DNA of 64,000 bases from an uncultured Halieaceae bacterium (GCA_963976655.1 CAXBLB010000010.1:32725-96724), one strand, 5' to 3'. Shown: positions 1 to 9,501, numbered from the stretch's first letter. The notes: a model not told the origin generated them from the letters alone. Numbers and translations are program-made.

Positions 1-534
1 GACGTCATCCTGGTGGAGACAGTGGGCGTGGGGCAATCCGAGTACCAGGTGGCCAACATGGTGGATTTTTTCCTGGTACTCATGCTGCCCGGCGGTGGCG
101 ACGAGCTACAGGGCATCAAGAAAGGCATCATGGAGTTGGCGGACGCTCTGGTGATCAACAAGGCAGACGGGGAAAGCGCCAATCTGGCCACGTTGACCGA
201 GCGGCAGTACACCAGCGCCATGCACCTGCTGCGCCACACCAGTTTCTGGACCCCACGCGTTATGACCTGCTCCGCGCTCACCGGCGTGAATATTGATGCG
301 TTGTGGGGAATGCTGGTGGACTACTACTTTCAATCGCTTGAGCAGGGCGCCTTTGCTGCCAAGCGTGCGCAGCAGAACCGCGACTGGATGCACCAGTTGG
401 TGAATGAGATGTTACTGCTGAAGCTCTCGCAGAACAGCGCAATCAAGAACCTTCTGCCGGAACTTGAACGCGCCGTGGAGAACCAGGAGACGACCGCTTA
501 CGCGGCCGCCAGACGGATCATGGAGTTGTTTTAG
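1..534 (+). CDS. meaB: Methylmalonyl-CoA mutase-associated GTPase MeaB/ArgK, 5'-truncated by the window edge
   Basis: DVILVETVGVGQSE (switch/Walker B), GDELQGIKKGIMELAD and NKAD G4 motif typical of MeaB; frame is open from position 1. Confidence 0.9.
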   Translation, partial: DVILVETVGVGQSEYQVANMVDFFLVLMLPGGGDELQGIKKGIMELADALVINKADGESANLATLTERQYTSAMHLLRHTSFWTPRVMTCSALTGVNIDALWGMLVDYYFQSLEQGAFAAKRAQQNRDWMHQLVNEMLLLKLSQNSAIKNLLPELERAVENQETTAYAAARRIMELF

Positions 535-847
535 CAGGTGCTGGCGAATCCTGTTCGGGTGCAGGCGTTGTTTGCTTCTCGTTCAGGTTCTCATCCAGTG
601 CATCGGCGGTATCGCGCATGACAGCCTGCGTTTCCCGTTTGCTCTCCTGCATGATCTTTCGGGCCTCTTCGCGGCTCTCCTCGAGCCGTTCAGTCATCTC
701 CTCGGCGGTCTCTTCCACCTCGGTCAGCGCCTCCTGGTAGGTCTCGTCAACTTCTTCGCCTGCTTCTTCCATCGGCCCTTCGTTGAAATCACACGCAGTC
801 AAGGCGGTGACGACGGTAGCGGCGTACAATAGCTTGGTAAGACGCAT
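518..847 (-). CDS. Small acidic helical lipoprotein, probably stress-associated
   Basis: Signal peptide with lipobox LTAC, then EGPMEEAGEEVDE and an E/A-rich helical tail; RBS AGGGAG upstream. Confidence 0.7.
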   Translation of the reverse strand: MRLTKLLYAATVVTALTACDFNEGPMEEAGEEVDETYQEALTEVEETAEEMTERLEESREEARKIMQESKRETQAVMRDTADALDENLNEKQTTPAPEQDSPAPAKTTP

Positions 848-929
848 GAGTATTCTCCCTGTCGAATAAATCTTTCAGTGCCGGTGCCGGCCGGCACCGC
901 CGACCGCAATTGCCGTCAACCTGCGCATG

Positions 930-1508
930 TCACTGCCGGTTGCTCGCCACGAAAGGCCAGTTGACCATTTTCCAGAAGGCGTCGAGGTAGGCGCCTCTGT
1001 CGTTGCGGTGATCCAGATAGTAAGCGTGCTCCCAGACATCCACGGTCAGCAGTGGCTTTTTGGAGCCGTCGCGCACCGGCGTATCGGCATCGTCGGTGTT
1101 TACAATCTCAAGCTCGCCACTCGCGTTTTGTACCAGCCATGTCCAGCCGGAGCCGAAATTCGACTTAGCTTTGGCCGTGAACTTGTCCCTGAACTCCTGC
1201 ACGGAGCCAAAGGCAGCTTTGAGATCATCCGCTAGCGGTCCTCCCGGTTCTCCGCCACCGTCCGGGCTCAGGCAGTGCCAGAAAAACGTGTGATTCCACA
1301 CCTGTGCCGCATTGTTGAATACGCCGCCTGATTGCGTGCGAATCAACTCTTCCAGAGGCATATCGAGATCCTTCTTCTCCAGCGCCTTGTTCAGCTTTTT
1401 CACATAGCCGGCGTGATGCTTGCCGTAGTGATAGTCCAGAGTCTCCTTCGACATGTGCGGTTGCAGTGCATCCCGGGGGTACGGTAGATCGGGTAATTCA
1501 ATAGACAT
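930..1508 (-). CDS. sodB: Superoxide dismutase, Fe-type
   Basis: LPDLPY, HYGKHH, FNNAAQVWNHTFFW and DVWEHAYY metal-ligand motifs. Confidence 0.95.
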   Translation of the reverse strand: MSIELPDLPYPRDALQPHMSKETLDYHYGKHHAGYVKKLNKALEKKDLDMPLEELIRTQSGGVFNNAAQVWNHTFFWHCLSPDGGGEPGGPLADDLKAAFGSVQEFRDKFTAKAKSNFGSGWTWLVQNASGELEIVNTDDADTPVRDGSKKPLLTVDVWEHAYYLDHRNDRGAYLDAFWKMVNWPFVASNRQ

Positions 1509-1666
1509 GTGCGGTTCCTTGTATCATCAGACATATTCAGGGTTGAACATTGCTGGCCGGGTGCAGTTATGGCCTTCTACCATAGCACGCTGCCCTGCCA
1601 CTTGCTGTTTGTCATTGCAAACGATGACACCGGGGTGATCAGTGCCCACCGCCGGCAGGGTAGAAC

Positions 1667-2044
1667 TCAGGCAGCATCCTGTAGCCGATGCTTGAGCCAG
1701 TCGATATCGAGCTTGAGCGGATTGTCGATATATTTCTGTGGATTTTCGTTGATGTCCCGCAGATAGTCGGTCGACACCTTCCAGTCAATATCAGGCGCGT
1801 CCTTCCCCCGCGAAACAAGCTCCAGACGCTGGTTGTTGGCGCGAATCGTATAGTAGTCGTGGGGTGCATCCGGATCACTGGAGTAAACAGCCACACCGAA
1901 CTTCCTGCCCGCCGCCTGTTTGTCCATCATCGAAACGATATCCTTGATCAGCGGCTTGTCTCGCAGAGACACCAGAGCGTCGTTGATCACCTCCAGTGCT
2001 CCGAGAAAGAGAGCGTAGCTGTCATTGCTGGTATCGTTACTCAT
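1667..2044 (-). CDS. Hypothetical protein, about 125 aa, possible SCP2-like fold
   Basis: ATG at 2044 preceded by strong RBS AGAGGAGG; lies downstream of a perfect sigma54 promoter; fold guess is from the YYTIRANNQRLELVSRG..PDIDWKVS pattern only. Confidence 0.7.
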   Translation of the reverse strand: MSNDTSNDSYALFLGALEVINDALVSLRDKPLIKDIVSMMDKQAAGRKFGVAVYSSDPDAPHDYYTIRANNQRLELVSRGKDAPDIDWKVSTDYLRDINENPQKYIDNPLKLDIDWLKHRLQDAA

Positions 2045-2197
2045 GAATTTCCTCCTCTGCACTTCAATGCGTTCCACTCTGCTAAAAGCCAGCGGCGTAC
2101 ACGAGCCGGTGTCGAGGAACACTATTGGCTAACAGTTCCCCTGGTGGTAACCATAACCGACAACGATCTGGCTTTTTGACAGCAGTGGTGCATGTAC

Positions 2198-2213
2198 TGC
2201 AAGTGGCGTGCCA
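2198..2213 (-). promoter_or_regulatory. Sigma54 (-24/-12) promoter
   Basis: Minus strand reads TGGCACGCCACTTGCA, a perfect match to TGGCAC-N5-TTGCW; points to the 1667-2044 gene; a sigma54 activator gene is nearby. Confidence 0.8.
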
Positions 2214-2410
2214 GTGCCTTGAACGACGCGCTAGCGCCGGGCCACGGCCTGCCGCTTCGCGCAGGGCCTGCCAGCTCAACGCGCCGTACTGGAAGAATTT
2301 GCAGGTGCGGTGGTATTTTTTGCATGATGCGGCAGGAAAGCTGCCATTAGTGGTGTGGCGCAGATGCAAACAGCGCCGACTTATAGCTCTGATGGGCGCG
2401 CAATGGCGGC

Positions 2411-2426
2411 TGGCATGAATAGTGCT
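2411..2426 (+). promoter_or_regulatory. Probable sigma54 (-24/-12) promoter
   Basis: TGGCATGAATAGTGCT has GG-N10-GC with 2 mismatches to consensus, about 60 nt upstream of ORF 2488. Confidence 0.55.
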
Positions 2427-2487
2427 TTTTAAGGGTGAATGGTGATCTGCAAGAAGCGAGAGGCATTGGCAAGGACGGTCAGGTTAG

Positions 2488-2754
2488 ATGAGTGAGGAAG
2501 ATTTCCGAACAGGCGTAGTATGGTCCCGCATGTCGCGCCTGCTATCACTGCGCGGGCTGCGGGGCCAGCAGCTGGGTACAGTGGGGTGGTGTGCGGTCAA
2601 TCTGTCCACCGGACGAATTGAGGCGGTGGAACTGCGCACTACCTGGCAGACTCTCACGATCCCCTGGCATCGGGTCACGCTGAATGGAGACGATGCAGAT
2701 CTCAGGTTGTTGGCGGAAAATGAGTCAGCTGGATCTCAAAAATCGTCGGACTGA
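2488..2754 (+). CDS. Small PRC-barrel-like protein
   Basis: G..LGTV..AVNLSTGRIEAVEL...LTIPWHRVTL resembles the PRC-barrel pattern; start uncertain (2488 or 2530). Confidence 0.5.
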   Translation: MSEEDFRTGVVWSRMSRLLSLRGLRGQQLGTVGWCAVNLSTGRIEAVELRTTWQTLTIPWHRVTLNGDDADLRLLAENESAGSQKSSD

Positions 2755-4100
2755 GACTCTTTGGCGTATTCTTTCAAGCGGTTGTAGAGTGTTTTCAGGC
2801 TGATCCCGAGGATATCGGCGGCGGCCTGCTTGTCGTCGCCAGTGTGCTCGAGCGTAGAGGTGATCAGGCGGTGCTCCATCTCGGCGATGCTCGTGCCGAC
2901 AGGTACTGCGATGAGCACATCGTCATGCTCCAGGCTGGCGGACTGATTGTCGATGGCAGACCGTAGTTCGTGATCTATAACCTCTTCCGACAGAATATAG
3001 GCGCGTTCAACCAGGTGCTTGAGTTCGCGTACATTACCAGGCCATGAGTGACGCCTCAGGGCGTCGAGAGCGGCCTCGGAAAAAGCCAGGGAGGTGGCGT
3101 GCTTCTCGTTCAATTCCCGCAGAAAGTGCTGTGCCAGGCCTTCAATATCCGCACCGCGACGTCGCAGTGGCGGCACCTTGAGAGGAAACTGCGCCAGGCG
3201 GTAGTAAACGTCTTCGCGCAATGAGCCTTCCCGCACCGCGTCTTCGGGCGAGCGGTTGCAGGCAGAGATGATCCTCACGTCGACATCAATGTCTGTGTCC
3301 GCTCCGAGCCGGCGCAGTTTACGGCTTTCCAGTACGCGCAACAGCTTTGCCTGCAGGTCGATGTTCATCTCGGAAAACTCGTCCAGCAGCAAAGTGCCTC
3401 CCGATGCCCGCTCGAAGTGGCCCTGATGCCTTCGGGCGGCGCCGCTGAAAGCGCCTTTCTCGTGTCCGAACAGTTCGCTTTCGGCCAGGTTTTCAGGCAC
3501 TGCGGCACAGTTGAATGCCACAAAGGGCCCATCGTGTCGCGCCGAGAGCATGTGCAGTGTTTGCGCTACAAGCTCCTTTCCTGTGCCACTCTCGCCCATC
3601 ACCATGACACTCGCCTCGCTCTGCGCCACTTTGCGCAACTGGCGGTACAGCTTGCGCATGCCTCGCGAGCTGCCGCGCAACATGCCGAACTGATCGATGC
3701 CACAATCGCTGGAGGTGGCCGGTTTACATTGCTCACTCGCAAATTCAGCCGCCATATCCTTCAGCAGTGGTCGAATGTTTGCCGGCTCAAGGGGCTTGCA
3801 GAAATAGTAGCTTGCACCACGCCTTATGGCGTCATCGGCAACTCCCGGTTCGTCCACGCTGACCATTACAAACAGCTCAGTGCTTTCCGACAGACTGGCT
3901 TCTGAGGGTGCAAAAACAGCGTGGTTGTCCGGGCAGTCGAGGTCCAGAAAAATCAGGTCAAACTGTTCCAGCGGCCCGCTTTCACTAGCCTGCTCAAGGC
4001 CGCCCGCGACCAATGTTTTGAAGCCGCAGGACTCGACAACCTCGGCCAGTTGTTGTGCATGCTCTGCATCTGTGTCAAGGATCAGGCATTGGGGTTTCAA
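2736..4100 (-). CDS. Sigma54-dependent response regulator (NtrC/AtoC family: receiver, AAA+, Fis HTH)
   Basis: Receiver with FLDL phospho-Asp; GESGTGKE Walker A; GAFSGA loop; WPGNVREL; C-terminal AADILGISLKTLYNRL; TTG start. Confidence 0.93.
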   Translation of the reverse strand: MKPQCLILDTDAEHAQQLAEVVESCGFKTLVAGGLEQASESGPLEQFDLIFLDLDCPDNHAVFAPSEASLSESTELFVMVSVDEPGVADDAIRRGASYYFCKPLEPANIRPLLKDMAAEFASEQCKPATSSDCGIDQFGMLRGSSRGMRKLYRQLRKVAQSEASVMVMGESGTGKELVAQTLHMLSARHDGPFVAFNCAAVPENLAESELFGHEKGAFSGAARRHQGHFERASGGTLLLDEFSEMNIDLQAKLLRVLESRKLRRLGADTDIDVDVRIISACNRSPEDAVREGSLREDVYYRLAQFPLKVPPLRRRGADIEGLAQHFLRELNEKHATSLAFSEAALDALRRHSWPGNVRELKHLVERAYILSEEVIDHELRSAIDNQSASLEHDDVLIAVPVGTSIAEMEHRLITSTLEHTGDDKQAAADILGISLKTLYNRLKEYAKESQSDDF

Positions 4101-4250
4101 TTTGGGGTTCCCCCGAGAGTCATCAAAAGCGTGCTGTACGAAGCCGGCGTATTATTCATATTCAGCGCGCCGGATGCAATCTCTGTGCTGCCACCGAGGA
4201 GGCGCCGAAGCCTCACCCGGATGGTTGCGCCGTGTGGCAAGCGGGCGCGC

Positions 4251-5300
4251 TCACAGGCCGTACAGCCCGCGATATTCCGGGTCTTTCCCGGCGATCATTT
4301 CCGCAAGATCCACCATAACCCGGCATTGTTTCCAGGATGCATCGTCCTGCATCTTGCCCTCGACCATTACCGCGCCAGAACCGTCCGGCAACGCTTCCAG
4401 CACCCGACGGGCCCAGGCAACTTCATCGGGCGGCGGGCTGAACACACGCTTGGCGATATCAATTTGACTCGGGTGCAGCGACCAGGCACCTACGCAGCCC
4501 ATGAGAAACGCATTGCGAAACTGGTCTTCACAGCCCATCGGATCGTCGATCGCGCCGAAAGGACCGTAGAAGGGCAGTGCGCCCACAGCCACACACGCAT
4601 CCACCATGCGCGCCATCGTGTAGTGCCAGAGATCCTGTTGGTGCGTGGAACGTGGCGCGTCGGGCTCCGCCGGATCGGGATCGTTGCGCACCAGATAGCC
4701 CGGATGCCCCCCACCGATTCGGGTGGTTTTCATGCGGCGCGAGGCGGCCAGATCAGCGGGGCCCAGGCTCATGCCCTGAATGCGCGGGCTGGCGGCGGCG
4801 ATCTCTTCCACATTGGCAACACCCAGTGCGGTTTCCAGCAGACAATGCAGCAGTATCGGACGCTGTATTTGCCCGCGCGCCTCGAGTTGCGCCAGTAGCT
4901 GGTCGGCGTAGTGGACATCCCAGGGGCCCTGTATTTTGGGCAGCATGATGACATCGACCTTGTCACCAACCTCGGTCACGATACGGGTCACATCGTCGAG
5001 GAACCAGGGGCTGTCCAGGCTGTTCACACGCGTCCATAGCTGGGTATCGCCAAAATCATTGTCGCGCGCAACAGCAATGAACCCTTCACGCGCAGCTTCC
5101 TTGTTGTCGATGGCGATGGCGTCTTCCAGATTCCCGAGAATGATATCGACTTTGGCAGCAATACCCGGCGCTTTCTCTACCATTTTTGGGTTACTGGGAT
5201 CAAAGAAGTGGATCATGCGCGATGGCCTGACGGGTATGTCTTTCACGGGCTCGGGCGCGCCGATTGCCAGGGGGCGGAAAAAATCTCGTGGACTACGCAT
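4251..5300 (-). CDS. mcl: Malyl-CoA/beta-methylmalyl-CoA lyase, Chloroflexus-type (CitE superfamily)
   Basis: [49 protein letters not shown] and GKMQDDA match Chloroflexus aurantiacus Mcl as remembered; ATG at 5300 has a GGAG RBS. Confidence 0.85.
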   Translation of the reverse strand: MRSPRDFFRPLAIGAPEPVKDIPVRPSRMIHFFDPSNPKMVEKAPGIAAKVDIILGNLEDAIAIDNKEAAREGFIAVARDNDFGDTQLWTRVNSLDSPWFLDDVTRIVTEVGDKVDVIMLPKIQGPWDVHYADQLLAQLEARGQIQRPILLHCLLETALGVANVEEIAAASPRIQGMSLGPADLAASRRMKTTRIGGGHPGYLVRNDPDPAEPDAPRSTHQQDLWHYTMARMVDACVAVGALPFYGPFGAIDDPMGCEDQFRNAFLMGCVGAWSLHPSQIDIAKRVFSPPPDEVAWARRVLEALPDGSGAVMVEGKMQDDASWKQCRVMVDLAEMIAGKDPEYRGLYGL

Positions 5301-5330
5301 GTCTGTGCTCCTGAAGCTCAAAAAACCGGA

Positions 5331-6305
5331 TCAATGGCTGTCAGCGCCGAGACGCTGACGATAATGGATATAGCAGTCAAAGGGGTCGCTGTCCTGTTCC
5401 GAGAGGGATGCCAGCAGATTTTTTTCGCCGCCCAGGCGGGCAATGCCCGCGCTGCCAAACTCGCTGCCCAGACGCTTGATGATCCAGCGAGCCTGGTGTT
5501 CGAGGCGTTTGGCTGCGACCGTGCCGCGCTCGATGAGTGAGGTGTGATGACTGTCAAGCGCATCAACCAGTGCTTCAATGCCGGTGTGCTGCGTGGCGCT
5601 GGTCGCCAGCACCGGTACCCGCCAGTTGCCATCGGCATGTTCCGTGGCCAGCGCAGCGGTGAATTCTGCCAGTGTGCGATCGGCTACCGCTCCCATATCG
5701 TACTTGTTCACCACCAGTACATGCGGTACTTCGAGAATTCCCGCTTTCAGCAACTGAATGCTGTCACCCGAGCCGGGCTGGGCGACGAAACAGGTTGTAT
5801 CACATAGCATGGAGACGTCTATCTCGCGTTGGCCCACGCCCACGGTCTCAACCAGTACCACATCGAAAGCCGTGAGCATCAACTGGCCCATCGGCCAGAC
5901 CTCGGCGCTCAGCCCGCCGAACTCGCCGCGGCTGGAGAGGGAGCGGATAAAGACTCCATCGTCCTGTGCGACCGCGTGCATTCTCAGGCGGTCGCCCAGC
6001 AATGCGCCCCCACTGATCGGGCTGGACGGGTCGACTGCCAGCACGCCGACGGTGCGACCTCGCTCACGCCACACCTGAATCAGTGCCGCGGTCAACGATG
6101 ATTTTCCCACGCCCGGTGGCCCGGTGATCCCGATCATGTGACTCTCCACCGGAATACCTCCGGCACGCACCGCATCGAGCAACTGCTGCGAGCTCTCCCG
6201 CTGTGCCGGTAGCCGGTTGTCCAGAATATTCAGCGCTCGCGCTAACGCGGCCCTGTCCCCGTGACGAATACGCGTCGCAAGCTCGGCGGTGGAGTGGTTC
6301 GACAT
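5331..6305 (-). CDS. meaB: Second MeaB-family GTPase, probable chaperone of the adjacent ethylmalonyl-CoA mutase
   Basis: GITGPPGVGKSS P-loop, AVDPSS, GALLGDRLRM, VETVGVGQ, VNKYD. Confidence 0.85.
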   Translation of the reverse strand: MSNHSTAELATRIRHGDRAALARALNILDNRLPAQRESSQQLLDAVRAGGIPVESHMIGITGPPGVGKSSLTAALIQVWRERGRTVGVLAVDPSSPISGGALLGDRLRMHAVAQDDGVFIRSLSSRGEFGGLSAEVWPMGQLMLTAFDVVLVETVGVGQREIDVSMLCDTTCFVAQPGSGDSIQLLKAGILEVPHVLVVNKYDMGAVADRTLAEFTAALATEHADGNWRVPVLATSATQHTGIEALVDALDSHHTSLIERGTVAAKRLEHQARWIIKRLGSEFGSAGIARLGGEKNLLASLSEQDSDPFDCYIHYRQRLGADSH

Positions 6306-6311
6306 GCTCGA

Positions 6312-8315
6312 CTAGCGGTCTGTGGCCAAGCCGCTGGCTTGTCGAATCACGTCGACAATGGTGTGCATGATGGCGTTCATATCCACATCTTTTGGCGTGA
6401 ATACCGCTTTCACGCCCTGGGAGCGCAGCGCTTCGGCATCGCTTTCAGGGATGATCCCGCCGATGACAATGGGCACCTCATCGGCATGAATGGCAGCCAG
6501 CTCCTTGCGGATATCTTCCACCAGGGCGAGATGGCTGCCGGACAGTACCGACAGCCCTATGAGGTGCACGCCTTCCTCCAGGGCGGCCCTGGCGATCTGT
6601 GCGGGCGTGAGACGTATCCCCTCGTAGACAATTTCAAAACCCGCGTCGCGCCCCTTGACTGCTATTTGCTCGGCGCCATTGCTGTGCCCATCAAGGCCGG
6701 GTTTGCCGATCAGCAGGCGCAGGGGACGACCGAGTTCCTCGCCCGTTGCGCTCACCCGCGCGCGCAGGACCTGCAACGGCTCACTGTCGTCCCCTTTGGA
6801 GCCCGCGATAGTGTCCACGCCGGTGGGTGCGCGGTATTCGCCGAAGACCTCGCGCAGCACTTCGCTCCATTCGCCGGTGGTCACACCCACACGGGCGCAG
6901 GCTATTGAAGCGGGCATGATGTTGTTACCGTCCAGGGCTGCGGCGCGCAGTTGCTTGAGTGCCTGATCGACATCGGCCTGCTCACGGGTTGCCCGAAACG
7001 CGCGCAGCGATGCAATCTGCTCCTCTTCGGCGCGCGCATCCACCCGCATGATGCCGGCATCAGTGCCTGCCGTCAGGGGAGATTCGGTCGTTTGCTGGTA
7101 ACAGTTGACGCCAACGATTTTCAGTTCGCCCAGCTCGATGTCGCGGAGCCGCTCGCTATGGCTGTGCACAAGTTCGCGCTTGACGTAGCCGCTGTCGATA
7201 CACTCAACCATGCCGCCACGTTCCGCCACGCGTGCCATTTCCGCTTCAGCGCCTGCCATCAGTTCCTGCACTTTAGCTTCTATCACCGGTGAGCCATCGA
7301 ATATGTCGCCGTACTCGAGCAAGTCTGTTTCCAGCGCCAGCACCTGTTGCATACGCAGCGCCCACTGTTGATCCCAGGGGCGCGGGAGCCCGAGCGCCTC
7401 GTTCCACGCCGGAAGCTGAATGGCGCGTGCGCGGGCATTTTTTGACAGTGTAACGGAGAGCATTTCCAGCACGATCCGCTGTACGTTGTTTTCCGGCTGG
7501 GATTCCGTGAGGCCCAGGGAATTGACCTGAACTCCGTAGCGAAAACGCCTCAGTTTCGGGTCTTCGACGCCGTAGCGTTCCGCTACCAGCGCGTTCCACA
7601 TGCGGGTGAACGCACGCAGCTTGCAGGTTTCCTCGATAAAGCGAATACCCGCATTCACAAAGAAGGAGATTCGACCCACCACGTTGTGGAAGCTCTCGGG
7701 ATCGATCTGGCCGGAGGCCTGTGCCGCGTCCAGAATGGCGGTGGCGGTGCACAGCGCATAGGCAAGTTCCTGCGTTGGCGTGGCACCCGCCTCCTGCAGA
7801 TGATAGCTGCAGATATTCGTGGGATTCCATTTGGGGATATTCTGTACAGTGTAGGCGATAAGGTCTGTGCTCAAACGCACAGAAGGCGCCGGCGGAAATA
7901 TGTAAGTCCCGCGCGACAGGTATTCTTTCAATATGTCGTTCTGCGTGGTTCCCTGGAGCTGGCTGGGATCCACTCCCTGCCGCTCGGCAACCGCGACATA
8001 CAGTGCGAGCAGCCAGGGGGCGGTGGCATTGATGGTCATGGACGTGTTCATCTGAGCCAGCGGTATCTGGTCGAAAAGCGCCTGCATGTCGCCGATGTGG
8101 CTGATGGGCACGCCTACCTTGCCCACTTCACCGCGAGCCAGTGGGTGATCGGAGTCATAACCTGTCTGGGTGGGCAGATCGAAGGCCACGGAGAGCCCGG
8201 TTTGACCCTTGCCAAGGTTCGTGCGGTAGAGTGCGTTGGATGCCCTGGCTGATGAGTGCCCGGAGTAGGTGCGCATCAACCAGGGTTGTTCGCGTTGGGG
8301 TGAATCCTGGTTCAC
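6312..8315 (-). CDS. ecm: Ethylmalonyl-CoA mutase (MeaA/Ecm), B12-dependent
   Basis: WLMRTYSGHS, LSVAFDLPTQTGYD, MNTSMTINATAPWL, QVNSLGLTE, and B12 motif GKPGLDGHSNGAE (MeaA-type); GTG at 8315 with an RBS just after the upstream stop. Confidence 0.9.
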   Translation of the reverse strand: MNQDSPQREQPWLMRTYSGHSSARASNALYRTNLGKGQTGLSVAFDLPTQTGYDSDHPLARGEVGKVGVPISHIGDMQALFDQIPLAQMNTSMTINATAPWLLALYVAVAERQGVDPSQLQGTTQNDILKEYLSRGTYIFPPAPSVRLSTDLIAYTVQNIPKWNPTNICSYHLQEAGATPTQELAYALCTATAILDAAQASGQIDPESFHNVVGRISFFVNAGIRFIEETCKLRAFTRMWNALVAERYGVEDPKLRRFRYGVQVNSLGLTESQPENNVQRIVLEMLSVTLSKNARARAIQLPAWNEALGLPRPWDQQWALRMQQVLALETDLLEYGDIFDGSPVIEAKVQELMAGAEAEMARVAERGGMVECIDSGYVKRELVHSHSERLRDIELGELKIVGVNCYQQTTESPLTAGTDAGIMRVDARAEEEQIASLRAFRATREQADVDQALKQLRAAALDGNNIMPASIACARVGVTTGEWSEVLREVFGEYRAPTGVDTIAGSKGDDSEPLQVLRARVSATGEELGRPLRLLIGKPGLDGHSNGAEQIAVKGRDAGFEIVYEGIRLTPAQIARAALEEGVHLIGLSVLSGSHLALVEDIRKELAAIHADEVPIVIGGIIPESDAEALRSQGVKAVFTPKDVDMNAIMHTIVDVIRQASGLATDR

Positions 8316-8325
8316 GGTGTTTCCC

Positions 8326-9501
8326 TCACGCTGGGCGGCGCCGGATGAGGAGGCGCCGTTCAATTTCGAAGATTTTGTCTGCGAGCTTCTCTTTACCCAG
8401 GCCCCGTTTGGAGTCTTCCTTGATAAAAAGATCTTCGCCATGCTTTTCAAGGGCGGCGGCGGCAGACAGATTTTTGACACCTATCAACTGCATGCTCACC
8501 ATCCCGAGCTGTTCTGCGCCGGGCACATCGTCGACCGCGAGAATGCGGCTGAGGGCGCCGATCGTATCGCCGGCGAATGCGGGTTGCGTGTGATAGCCCT
8601 CGTTGAAGCCGAGTTCCCAGAGAGCGTTCTCACTCACGTCGCGGCTCGCCAGACCCTCCAGCCAGGCAAACACCAGGCCACCGTAGACGATGGGTTCGCC
8701 GCTCATCTTCCCTGAAAGCCCGCTTGAGAACACGCGATCAAAGTGCAGCGGATGTGAGTTGCCCACCATATAGGTCAGTGCCATATGTTCTTCAGTGATG
8801 GTACGGCCATTGGCGTGCACGATAATCTCACCGGGCCGATAATCCTCAAACCAGGTATTGGGGCCGGTGAGCCCCGTGTGCACGGCACCCGCCGGCGGCT
8901 TGGGCAATTCCACCTGTGGCTCTGAAACCAGCGGAAATTCCACCTGCAGGGCGGCCGCAGGGGTTGTGGGTGGGCGATCGCCGCGCCAGGCGACAAAAAT
9001 CTTGCGCTCGTATTGCAGCACGATTTCGTCGCGCTGGTTGATAGAAACAGTCAGTATGCGCACGATGCCCGGCTTGTCCGGCCCCCGGTCCTTTCTTTCC
9101 AGCACACGGGTGAAGGCGCGCAGCGTGTCGCCGGCATACACCGGGCGCAGGAACTGCACCTGATAGTAACCGAGGTTGGCGATCGCCTTCTCGGAATCGT
9201 TCTGCACGCCGAGTGAGAGCGTGACGTTGAACACCATCTGCGGGCTGGCTGGAAGGTCGGCGAAACCCAGGGCCCGGGCATACTGCGCATTCAGGTATAG
9301 CGGGTTCGCCTGCATGAAGGTGCGCGCGAAGTCGAGCATATTGCTGGCAGTGAAAGTAAAGCCGCGAGGGTGTTCGAATTCCTGTCCCGGTTGCAGCTCG
9401 TCGAGGTAGCGACCGTACTGCGGGTGGCGCACCTTGCCGAGATCTATCGGCACATCCGGTGCGCGCTCTGCCTGTTCTCCCGGAGACAGCTTGATCTTCA
9501 T
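8326..9501 (-). CDS. mch: Double-MaoC (hotdog) hydratase, probable mesaconyl-CoA hydratase
   Basis: Two MaoC domains, IANLGY motif, TITEEHM resembling Mch TIEEAEHM, and position between mcd and ecm; ATG at 9501 follows a GGAG RBS. Confidence 0.7.
   Translation of the reverse strand: MKIKLSPGEQAERAPDVPIDLGKVRHPQYGRYLDELQPGQEFEHPRGFTFTASNMLDFARTFMQANPLYLNAQYARALGFADLPASPQMVFNVTLSLGVQNDSEKAIANLGYYQVQFLRPVYAGDTLRAFTRVLERKDRGPDKPGIVRILTVSINQRDEIVLQYERKIFVAWRGDRPPTTPAAALQVEFPLVSEPQVELPKPPAGAVHTGLTGPNTWFEDYRPGEIIVHANGRTITEEHMALTYMVGNSHPLHFDRVFSSGLSGKMSGEPIVYGGLVFAWLEGLASRDVSENALWELGFNEGYHTQPAFAGDTIGALSRILAVDDVPGAEQLGMVSMQLIGVKNLSAAAALEKHGEDLFIKEDSKRGLGKEKLADKIFEIERRLLIRRRPA

Noticed and set aside
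882-899. Perfect 18-bp GC palindrome CGGTGCCGGCCGGCACCG after sodB
   Set aside because: No T-tract; the GC-only composition is likely by chance in this genome or a weak hairpin; single copy, so not a REP family
1610-1629. TGTCAT-N8-ATGACA inverted repeat upstream of sodB
   Set aside because: Only 6-bp arms, no match to a Fur box or other motif I know, and no second copy seen
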